NCBI GenBank assembly: GCA_043228905.1
Contig: JBHGNT010000007.1
Coordinates: 15,562,001-15,626,000 of the forward strand
Source of the DNA: Azolla caroliniana
Lineage: Eukaryota > Plantae > Polypodiophyta
DNA length: 64,000 nucleotides
Direction: 5' to 3'
Both the position numbers and the translations under genes were made by a program. Within the stretch, counting starts at the first letter, position 1, and every line of letters begins with the position of its first letter. Positions 52,935-62,433 of the stretch are shown piece after piece. The notes beneath the pieces are model-generated. The model made no database searches. It worked only from the letters and a program-made list of their open reading frames with translations, and was not told where the DNA came from.

Positions 52935-52988
52935 AGACTCGAACCCATAACCTTTTGTTACACGGGTCGAGACTTTACCATTAGGTTA
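52935..52988 (-). promoter_or_regulatory. tRNA-type Pol III A box / B box cassette, antisense in U3 (also 58244-58297)
   Basis: TAACCTAATGGTAAAG ... AAGGTTATGGGTTCGAGTCT with tRNA-like spacing. Confidence 0.6.
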
Positions 52989-53100
52989 TGAGTTGTAATT
53001 TGAAGGATATTATTTTCATTTAGGTTTTATTAGGAAATTGATGTATATTCCAGATTTCTCTGGAACATTCTAGAAACTTCAGGAGTATTCCTGAAGACAC

Positions 53101-53145
53101 TATAAAAGGAGGCGCAAGGCATTAGTTCGAACCAAATCGGTTCAA
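53101..53145 (+). promoter_or_regulatory. LTR TATA box and predicted transcript 5' end complementary to the PBS
   Basis: TATAAAA at 53101-53107. AAATCGGTTCAA (53134-53145) is the reverse complement of 53400-53411. Confidence 0.7.
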
Positions 53146-53214
53146 CGCCAGTCTTAAGCCTTCTAACTACTGTTGTATATCTTCCGTCATATAATACATA
53201 TATCTTTCGCATCA

Positions 53215-53264
<50 letters not shown>

Positions 53265-53487
53265 ACTCATTCCTTCTCTCAAAGTTCGACACCTCTCATA
53301 GTACTAATCCTTCTCTGTCTTAGTACTATTCCCCAACAATAGTACTAATCCTTCTTTTAGTACTAATTCCTTCTCTGCCTTAATAGAGTTCCTGACAGTT
53401 TGAACCGATTTTCCTCCTACTAGTCTCCCTCTTCCTTCTGTCTCTCTCCTTTCCTACTAGTCTCTTATTTCCCTTTTCCTTCATCCC

Positions 53488-54657
53488 ATGGCCACCGTTA
53501 GCGCTGAAGAGTATCAATCCGTTTTCTCGGAATTTCAATGCTTGAAAGAGAAGTTTCATGCTTTGGAACAAGAAAATTAACGCTTGTTGGGGGATCTTCA
53601 GCAAATTTCCTTAGAAAAGCAGCAAACGCAACAACAGCATGGGGAACTTGCGTTACGCGTGCAACAACTCGAAGCAACCATCGTAGCAATGCAACAACAA
53701 GGGCACGGAGCACAAGGGATTCATAAAGAACCCAAGATTGGCCTTCCCACGAAGTTCGATGGAACGCGATCGCAGTTTAGAGGGTTTCTTAACCAGGTAC
53801 GGTTAGTTATTCAAATGCATCCGTCCCGATATCCCACCGATGCATCACGAGTGGGTTTAGTAGGCACGTTGTTAACTGGCTCAGCATTAGCATGGTTCGC
53901 ACCGCTACTAGAAAAGGAATCTCCAGTACTAAATAATTTTGAAGAATTCATAAGTGAGTTTAAAGCATGTTTTGGAGATACTGACAGCATAAGGACTGCA
54001 ATCAACAAAATCCGGCGATTACGCCAAGGTGACCGTCCAGCCTCCGCATATGCTGCAGATTTCCGCCTACTCGCCGCCGATATCCCCTGGGATGATCAAG
54101 CATTGATGGAGCAGTTCCGCTATGGTCTACGCAACGATGTCAAGGATTTACTCTTGACTTTCCCTGAAGAGCCAAAATCATTAACAGAAGCAATCAGTCG
54201 AGCGGTCAGATGTGACAACCGCCTCTTCGAGCGACGTTCGGAACGACAATTTCAGATGCCGAGGGCAAGATCCGAGCCTACCTATGCCTCAATGGTAGCG
54301 AAACCTTTTCAAAGGGAGTCACATAATGCGCCTCCAGTAAGTACTCCAACTCCAATGGAAATTGACACTACACGTCGTCGTGGGCCGCTATCGGAGGAGG
54401 AAAAGCAACGACGCCGAACAAACCGATTATGCCTTTATTGCGGTGGACCAGGGCATATCGCGATAAACTGTCCCCATAGACCAAGAAGGCAGGTAAACCA
54501 AGTCATTGTTAGTTCTGACTATACTAAACCCGAGTCTATGTCAGTAGGAATCTCTGATAATCCTCATAGTCATAATAGTCCTAATAGTACTAATAGTCCG
54601 AATCTCGCAAACAAATTTGATGTCCTTAGCCAATTAGAAGAAGAGTTAAACGACTAA
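53488..54657 (+). CDS. gag: Chromovirus Gag (coiled coil, capsid, CCHC) with one premature stop at codon 31
   Basis: ATG at 53488 (MATVSAEEY). TAA at 53578-53580 where element B has Q (EQENQRLLGDL). [34 protein letters not shown]. Confidence 0.9.
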
Positions 54658-57600
54658 GTCCAGCCAAAATAGGAGCCGTTTGGTTGGACAGCCCTAGATC
54701 TGTGCAGCCCATTAGTGGTTCCATTCCCTCTAAGCAAGTTAGTGATGTGTTCGTAGTCCAAGTAGCAGTTAGTACTAAAAGTACCCCTCCAGTACATACC
54801 TTAGCCCTTCTAGATTCCGGAGCTAATTCTTGCTTCATGGATAGGAATTTTGCCCGAGCTCATCAGATATCTCTAAGAAAGCTCCCATGTCCAGCCTCAG
54901 TAGTAGTCATTGATGGTCGTCCCATTGCTTCTGGTAATATCATAGAAGAGTCGGAACCCGTTAATATTGTCCTAGATAACTTAACATGTGTAGTATCATT
55001 TAATATTATTAGTATTCCAGAACATCCCATAGTTTTAGGATTACCATGGTTCGAGTTACATGACCCAGACATAGATTGGAGGACAAGGGAAATCCGGTTG
55101 CGACAAACCCAAGGATCTACCCAGAAGGTTGCAACCATTTCGCTACGTCAGTTGCGTGAGGAAGGGCGCAAGGAGGAAATGTTTCTCTTTGCAATATCAG
55201 TACAACCCTCCAGCACCACCAAAGAGGAGTCCACCGTTCAACTTCCCGAGAAGTATCGTCAGTATGCTGATGTGTTCGATAAAGTACAAGCCAACACACT
55301 TCCTCATCATCGGCCGTACGACTGCGCCATCGACTTACAACCGGGAAAAGAGCCGCCATGGGGGCCGATCTACAATTTGTCACCAACCGAGCTAGAAGTC
55401 CTTCGAGCCTATATAGAGGAGAATTTGGAGAACGGTTTCATTCGGCATTCGAAATCTCCAGCCGGCGCACCCATTTTCTTCGTCAAGAAAAAAGATGGCT
55501 CGCTTCGACTCGTTGTAGATTACCGTGGCTTGAATAAGGTCACAGTAAGAAATAGGTATGCTCTTCCCCTTATCTCAAGTCTTTTAGAACGGATCAACGG
55601 TGCCAGGTTCTTCACGAAGATCGACTTACGAGGAGCCTATAACCTCGTACGGATCCGACCAGGAGATGAATGGAAGACCGCGTTTCGCACCAGATATGGG
55701 CACTTCGAGTATACGGTCATGCCGTTCGGACTCACTAATGCGCCGGCAGTCTTCCAGCACATGGCGAATGATATATTTCGAGACCTCTTGGATGATTTTT
55801 TGATCATCTATTTGGATGATCTACTGGTTTATTCAAAGACCCAAGAAGAACATGATTCTCATGTACTATTAGTACTAAAACGACTTCGAGAACATGGTCT
55901 GTATGCAAAGTTAGAGAAATGTAGTTTCGGGTGCAACCAAGTGGAGTTTCTCGGCTATGTCATCTCCTCAGAAGGCATATCTATGGACCCAGCCAAGGTC
56001 AAAACGGTGATAGAATGGCACACTCCGCGTTCGGTGCGGGATGTGCAATGCTTCCTAGGCTTTGCAAATTTCTACCGGAAGTTCATACAAAATTACTCAA
56101 AAATTGTGCTGCCTCTCACACAGCTCACCAGGAAGGGACAATCATTCATTTGGTCTAAAGAGACGGACATGGCTTTCGAGAGTCTTAAGAAGGCGTTTAC
56201 ATCAGCTCCAATTTTAGGTCATGTGGATCCGGAAAAACCATTCATTATCGAAGCTGATGCATCGGATTTCGCATTGGGGAGCATTCTGTCACAACAGGGT
56301 AACGACGAGAAGCTACATCCTGTGGCTTTCCACTCCCGTAAGTTTGACGCCGCCGAAATCAACTACGAAATTCATGATAAAGAGCTATTAGCAATAGTTG
56401 ATTCTTTTATGCAATGGAGGCATTTCCTGGAGGGATCTCCTCATCAGGTCACTGTATTCAGTGACCACAAGAACCTTGCCTACTTTCAAGATGCTCGTGT
56501 ACTGAATCGACGTCAAGCTCGGTGGGCCCATTTCCTCACACGCTTCGACTTCAAAATTACATATCGTCCGGGGAAGCACCAAGGGAAGGCAGATGCATTA
56601 TCACGGCGTTCGTATCTAACACCACGTCCCGGTGAGCCAGCTTTCGATAACCAGAAGCAAGTAATCTTGGGTCCAGCACGACTGCAAGCAGCACAGATCT
56701 TTGACATGCCCGTGGATTCCGACATTACCAATACTATACGTGAGGACTTGAAGACTGACGCTTTCGCCCAAGCTATACTAGCACAAATTGACCCCTCTCG
56801 AGCGTCATGTTCACAATCACAATCACCAGGTACGGATTATCGGCAATTCAAATACTGTGATGGATTACTCTTCTTTAAAGAACTTTTGTATGTTCCTAAT
56901 GGTTCTTGCCGCCTTCGAGTAGTACAAAACTGCCATGACACATATACAGCAGGACATTTTGGTAGTACTAAAACATTAGATTTAGTACAACGATCATTCT
57001 GGTGGCCCCGTATGCGACAATTTGTCGAAGATTTTGTTCGGACTTGCGATACATGCTGCAGAGCGAAAATGCCAAGACATCATCCATATGGTTTATTAGA
57101 ACCATTACCAATTCCAAGCAAGCCATGGCAATCCATTGCTCTTGACTTCATTACAGATCTTCCAGTCTCTAAGGGATTCAGTGCGATTCTCACAGTGGTG
57201 GATCGATATACGAAGATGGCTCATTTCTTACCATGTACTAAAGAAATATCTAGTGAAGACACCGCCGAAATTGTCATGCGGGAAGTATGTCGGCATCATG
57301 GACTCCCTGATAATATCATCAGCGATCGTGGACCCCAGTTTGTGTCAAAATTCTGGAAGCACCTTTTTAAAATGCTGAAGGTCACTTGTAACCTCTCCTC
57401 CGACTACCACCCACAAACCGACGGTCAAGCCGAACGAACAAATCAAACACTGGAGCAGTATCTGCGGTGCTTTCTCAACTATCATCAGAATGACTGGGCA
57501 GATATTCTTCCGTTCGCCGAATTTGCCTATAATAACGCTATCCACGCATCGACTAAAGTCACGCCATTCTACGCTTATACGGGATATCATCCCCGGTGGT

Positions 57601-58241
57601 GTGTCCTTAAAACCCCAGAAGTGTCCACAAATCCTTACGCGGAGGATCGTTTGGAGCGGTTACGCAAGATACAAGCGGATTTATCTACTCAACTCCAGCA
57701 AGCTCAACAATCACACAAGGACTACGCAGATCGTCATCGACTTCCATCCAGTTTTAACATTGGAGATCGGGTGTGGCTGCTACGACGACACATCAAGACT
57801 ACTCGCCCATGTGAGAAGTTGGATTATCGACGATTAGGTCCTTTCCGTATTATCGGGAAGATTAATGATGTCGCTTTTCGTCTCGAGCTACCTCCGCAAC
57901 TTCGGATACACCCGGTGTTTCATAGTTCTCTCCTCGAACCCTATCACGAGAGCACTATCCCAGGACGTACTATACAACCTCCACCTCCTATCGAGCTCGA
58001 AGATGGACCTGAGTATGAGGTCGCTGCCATCCTCGATTCCAAGATTGTTCGCAACAAGCTCTACTATCTAGTCGATTGGCTAGGATATAGTCCCAGCGAG
58101 CGTACTTGGGAACCGATCGAGAATGTGACCAATGCTCGTGCTCTTCTAGAAGACTTCCATCGACGATATCCCGAGAAATCGGGTCCTCAATCCAAAACGA
58201 CTCGTGAAACTCGTCGTTTTAAAGGGGGGATAGTGTCATAA
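54630..58241 (+). CDS. pol: Chromovirus Pol (protease-RT-RNase H-integrase-chromodomain), -1 frame relative to gag
   Basis: ALLDSGAN, YLDDLL, EADASDFALG, HHCC, LDFITDLP/SDRGPQF/AERTNQ, YEVAAILDSK..YLVDWLGY..TWEP. Frame is open from 54630. Confidence 0.95.
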   Translation, partial: PIRRRVKRLSPAKIGAVWLDSPRSVQPISGSIPSKQVSDVFVVQVAVSTKSTPPVHTLALLDSGANSCFMDRNFARAHQISLRKLPCPASVVVIDGRPIASGNIIEESEPVNIVLDNLTCVVSFNIISIPEHPIVLGLPWFELHDPDIDWRTREIRLRQTQGSTQKVATISLRQLREEGRKEEMFLFAISVQPSSTTKEESTVQLPEKYRQYADVFDKVQANTLPHHRPYDCAIDLQPGKEPPWGPIYNLSPTELEVLRAYIEENLENGFIRHSKSPAGAPIFFVKKKDGSLRLVVDYRGLNKVTVRNRYALPLISSLLERINGARFFTKIDLRGAYNLVRIRPGDEWKTAFRTRYGHFEYTVMPFGLTNAPAVFQHMANDIFRDLLDDFLIIYLDDLLVYSKTQEEHDSHVLLVLKRLREHGLYAKLEKCSFGCNQVEFLGYVISSEGISMDPAKVKTVIEWHTPRSVRDVQCFLGFANFYRKFIQNYSKIVLPLTQLTRKGQSFIWSKETDMAFESLKKAFTSAPILGHVDPEKPFIIEADASDFALGSILSQQGNDEKLHPVAFHSRKFDAAEINYEIHDKELLAIVDSFMQWRHFLEGSPHQVTVFSDHKNLAYFQDARVLNRRQARWAHFLTRFDFKITYRPGKHQGKADALSRRSYLTPRPGEPAFDNQKQVILGPARLQAAQIFDMPVDSDITNTIREDLKTDAFAQAILAQIDPSRASCSQSQSPGTDYRQFKYCDGLLFFKELLYVPNGSCRLRVVQNCHDTYTAGHFGSTKTLDLVQRSFWWPRMRQFVEDFVRTCDTCCRAKMPRHHPYGLLEPLPIPSKPWQSIALDFITDLPVSKGFSAILTVVDRYTKMAHFLPCTKEISSEDTAEIVMREVCRHHGLPDNIISDRGPQFVSKFWKHLFKMLKVTCNLSSDYHPQTDGQAERTNQTLEQYLRCFLNYHQNDWADILPFAEFAYNNAIHASTKVTPFYAYTGYHPRWCVLKTPEVSTNPYAEDRLERLRKIQADLSTQLQQAQQSHKDYADRHRLPSSFNIGDRVWLLRRHIKTTRPCEKLDYRRLGPFRIIGKINDVAFRLELPPQLRIHPVFHSSLLEPYHESTIPGRTIQPPPPIELEDGPEYEVAAILDSKIVRNKLYYLVDWLGYSPSERTWEPIENVTNARALLEDFHRRYPEKSGPQSKTTRETRRFKGGIVS
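54645..54722 (+). promoter_or_regulatory. Predicted -1 ribosomal frameshift signal
   Basis: G_TTA_AAC, 6-nt spacer, stem GTCCAGCCAAA/TTTGGTTGGAC. Loop GGAGCC is complementary to GGTTCC at 54717-54722. Confidence 0.7.
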
Positions 58242-58523
58242 CTAGACTCGAACCCATAACCTTTTGTTACACGGGTCGAGACTTTACCATTAGGTTATGA
58301 GTTGTAATTTGAAGGATATTATTTTCATTTAGGTTTTATTAGGAAATTGATGTATATTCCAGATTTCTCTGGAACATTCTAGAAACTTCAGGAGTATTCC
58401 TGAAGACACTATAAAAGGAGGCGCAAGGCATTAGTTCGAACCAAATCGGTTCAACGCCAGTCTTAAGCCTTCTAACTACTGTTGTATATCTTCCGTCATA
58501 TAATACATATATCTTTCGCATCA

Positions 58524-58565
<42 letters not shown>

Positions 58566-59945
58566 ACTCATTCCTTCTCTCAAAGTTCGACACCTCTCAT
58601 AGTACTAATCCTTCTCTGTCTTAGTACTATTCCCCAACAATAGTACTAATCCTTCTTTTAGTACTAATTCCTTCTCTGCCTTAATAGAGTTCCTGACAGT
58701 CATGAACCCAGGACCTACACTACCAAGGAAAATGTTACGGCAAGATCACACTTTATACACTTTAGCCACGGTAAATTCTTACCACAGGCTATTATATGGT
58801 CATGCCAGTACCAGAAAATGCCTCCAACCTATGTACCTCTCCTACCCCCATGAGTTTATCCTCCTCTGACAACAAAAGGTCGACTGTCTCATCACACAAA
58901 TGAGGCGATGGTTGGGGGGGTGCATTGGACTCCCCTGTACAGTGGACCCGCCATAGATGACATATGTGGTTGTTTTGTAGCCGATCTCCTATTCTTGTTG
59001 TACGCACCTGTCACAATGGTTGCATTGTTCGCGCCTCCCGCGACCTAGCATCGATGTCTTTTTATCTTCCTTTCCAATGCTGAAAGGAGTTATACTTGAG
59101 AGAGAGAGAAAGAGAGGTATTTCATCTAGTTTTACAACACTGGAGGGGGTTTACCTTGCCATGTCACTACTAATGAAGTAGTGGAGATAGCAAGGGTTGT
59201 ATTATCATCTTGTTTTAATAACATGGATGTATGAAAAAAGAAAAAGGTGAATTTTTTTTCCAAAACCAAACTCCTTGCATTAGTTATAAAATTTTACAAA
59301 TCTGGATGTTATATACAAACCACAAAAGGGACCACAAAAGGGACTCGATAGTTCCATCTTATGTGGAGGCCCACTGACTCAATAAAGGGAGAGGACAACC
59401 ATTGATAGATGAAGGTTAATCGTTGTCTTTCAGCTCCATCGGATCTGTCCATGATGCCATCATATTGGCTCTTTCGCATGGGTACACTTCACTCCATATC
59501 TCTTGCAATAACATTGTTTGGTGCAAAGTTTGTTTTGTCAGAAGACCCATCTACAACGTTGTTTCTAGATAGCCATAGTGCTATTAGGCTAACCAATTCT
59601 AGCACAACTTGATCTTTGGCATTGATGGAGGTTGATTGCACATTGTCGGTGGTGGAAAACGAGATCACCAACATCATCCCCCCCTCCTAATGTTCGTATC
59701 TGTGATTTGGGATCTAGCATGATAACCAACATACACATAGGTAATATTTGATTATTGAATCTCATACAACCACACATAATTTAGTGAATGAGTGCACCTG
59801 GTTGCACCTTTTCATATTCCCAAGGGTTTCCGTTTCTTTTCTTTATTTAACTAATTAGTTTATTTCAACAAATGGCTTTGCCCCAAGAACCATTATTGCC
59901 CAACTTGGCATTACAAGGGAATATGTTGCTTCAATCTCTGACATA

Positions 59946-60058
59946 CAATCTTGATGAGGAGGTACAACTCAATTGAGAAGAAAATCTATGATTTGTAGAT
60001 GCCCCAATCTTGATGAGGAGGTACAACTCAATTGAGAAGAAAATCTATGATTTGTAGA
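59946..60058. repeat. Short tandem duplication (59-bp period)
   Basis: CAATCTTGATGAGGAGGTACAACTCAATTGAGAAGAAAATCTATGATTTGTAGA occurs twice. Similar small duplications at 60862-60936 and 61338-61404. Confidence 0.85.
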
Positions 60059-62433
60059 AGCACCTTGGGCAGACACATACAGTTACGAGAAAAATGAACA
60101 TTCACATATGTTCTCCAATGAGTATGCACACACACGAGGTGTGGTTGAACTTCACTTCTCCACAGTTGTGTTTATGATTCTCCTTGTAAAAATTGATCCA
60201 AGAATTTTGTTTGAAATCTGTAGAATGTTGGAAAGTGTCAAATTGAATTGGTTGTACCAACTCGTCATTTTTCTACTAGTGATAATTAGAACTTTGCCAC
60301 ATGAGGCTTGCAATTCCAATATTTACCTTCTTTGGGACAAATCAATTCACTCCAAGTGGGAATATGAAAACATGTTGCTTGTTTATCTCTATGATATTGC
60401 TCTAGTTTCTTTGATTTGTACACCAAAGTTCCTTCTAGTGTTTCCTTGATAGACTAGTGACGGTCTCTGGTATTTTATCCTTCCACCAATTCATCTTGGC
60501 GTGTCTAGTTATTAGGTCTTCTACATGTACTTTATTTTCCTCATTGCTTTTTATGTTGTCTTTGATCCATTATTTTTAGTCTTTGTCAGCTCACCAATGC
60601 CTTGGTTTGACTTGCTTTCTCCATAATCCTCTCTTAATTACTTGCCAATATGCCATTAATTTCTTTCTCACACTCAAAGAATTGTTTGAAGCAAGAGTCC
60701 AACACATACACTAGAATACCTTCATTGTTTTCTATGATCTCAAAGACTATTTGGTTGCTCCTTCCTTGGTTACATCATCTTGAATGTTGTACTCTCATGA
60801 ATCCGGTGTGCATGGTTCTTGCCTTTTCTAAATTTTGTTGTCGTACGCTTTCTGTTTAATAACGAGCTTTATTTGCTAATAATGAGATTCCTCTATAATC
60901 TCGAGCTTTATTTGCTAATAATGAGATTCCTCTATAGTCTGATACATATATTAGGCCCAATTGTCAAATGAGGTTCATTGTAGTAGCCAAAGTGTTGCCA
61001 TCAACAACTTAAAACTACACACTTAATTATTTTACGTAATCACTTGATATAATGTCGCACAATGACACAATTATTACTTATAAGAACCCACTTATATTGT
61101 GCACACAATCAAATCGCAAACATGCATTCTACATGCTTATATAGTTTCCAAAGGGAGAGATTCATATGGTCATTACAAGTAGTTACATATGCTAAGCATC
61201 CACATCAATAGACATTAGCTATCTCTACTTATTTTATCCTATATTTACATGAATCTACCTATTTATCATATATTATCCTAGCTGTAATGAAGATGATCAT
61301 ATAGTGATATTGTCTATATCTAAAGTTACATAGATGTCAACATTTGCTTGGATATTAATGAACTTTTTATGGTTCAATGACAACATTTGCTTGGATATTA
61401 ATGAGCTTTTTGTATCCTACGGAACCCAAAGGGAACAAAGACAATGTCTAGGTTCGATGTATCATATACATATAAGTCCAATAGCTTAGAAAACCACACC
61501 AAGATGTCTTGGTCTAGAAAACCAATTTGTCTAGGTTCAAAGTACCATATACTGAACCTCGACATCAAACAATTGCTTGGCCTAGAAAAGCACTCACACT
61601 TTATATTGGGTGGGATGGTGTTGAAAACATGATAAAGCACATCGCAAATAAAGAGAAAGACGTCCTTGAAACATTATATCAAAGACTTTTTTATGTCTCA
61701 ACTAACAAGACCCATCAAGATATTGTTGTGTTCTAAAAGTGTGATATTTAATCCATGAAATTGTTGCGTTTTCTCAATAGTATAAACATTGTGCATAATG
61801 GTCAAAGTTTTTGTTGGAGTTTTGCAAAAGGACCATTCAAAAGATATGTGTCCATTCAAAAAGATAAATGCTTTAACGATGCCACCACCACGTAAGAAAA
61901 AGCGTTTGTGTATGACACCACACAAAAAACCATGTTTCATTACATATAATGCACTAAGTGTTGATTACAATTATCCCACTTCAGAGAGGCTAGTATGATA
62001 TTGATAGTGTTGAAGCAATGAATGGAAGCTTTTTAGATGTGCAATTTAGGCACCAAAGAATTAATGATTAAGTTTACATTTCTTTAATTCTTTCTAAGGC
62101 ATCAATTGTCTTTCATGTGAATTCTTCAGAGATATACACCACCACTTGCACGCACACTTACCACAAATCTGACATTTTTAGGTCTGGTATTAGAATAGAT
62201 TTCATATTTCAACACAATTTTTCACAAACCAAAACTGTAAATATAATTCGATTAATGATGTCCACCAAACCAGTTTGTCAAGATCGCTCAAAAACATACA
62301 ATACTAGCTATGACGATACTAGCTATTCGGATTTTCACCATAGATTTATATTCTAGCTTAGTTTATTTTAGTCTGCCATGTGATTATTTTCGTTCAAGCC
62401 AAATTTCTTCAATCAAACATGGCCAACTCAAGC

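Larger units (their letters stand above)
52925..58698 (+). mobile_element. Full-length, very young Tcn1-like chromovirus (element A)
   Basis: LTRs 52925-53397 and 58234-58698 are identical by eye except (TC)21 vs (TC)17. Perfect TSD GTCAT. PPT AAAGGGGGGATAG. Uninterrupted pol. Confidence 0.98.
49903..59050 (-). mobile_element. Decayed L1-like LINE split by the young chromovirus (parts 49903-52924 and 58704-~59050)
   Basis: ORF1 with CFVCRQFGHLGRDC knuckle (~52400-52440). APE motifs IISWNAQGLG, LIQEHHL, NIYAPN, AGDFN, SRLDRFY. RT core deleted. Confidence 0.8.

Noticed and set aside
52925-52995. Genuine tRNA genes at the A/B-box cassettes (also 12515-13019, 25981, 34718, 49500)
   Set aside because: Acceptor and anticodon stems do not pair; only promoter-like boxes are kept.
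53030-53266. ORFs with ERERER runs (also 58339, 15749, 25379) and YI-rich ORFs at 63678-63995
   Set aside because: Translations of microsatellites.
60785-60830. Possible upstream SCP2 exon (TMHTGFMR on the minus strand)
   Set aside because: Weak similarity to MNPQMAFMR and no correctly placed GT donor.
59340-62300. Short ORFs and possible ancient TE remnants downstream of FSD
   Set aside because: No motif I could assign with confidence; multiple stops in all frames examined.
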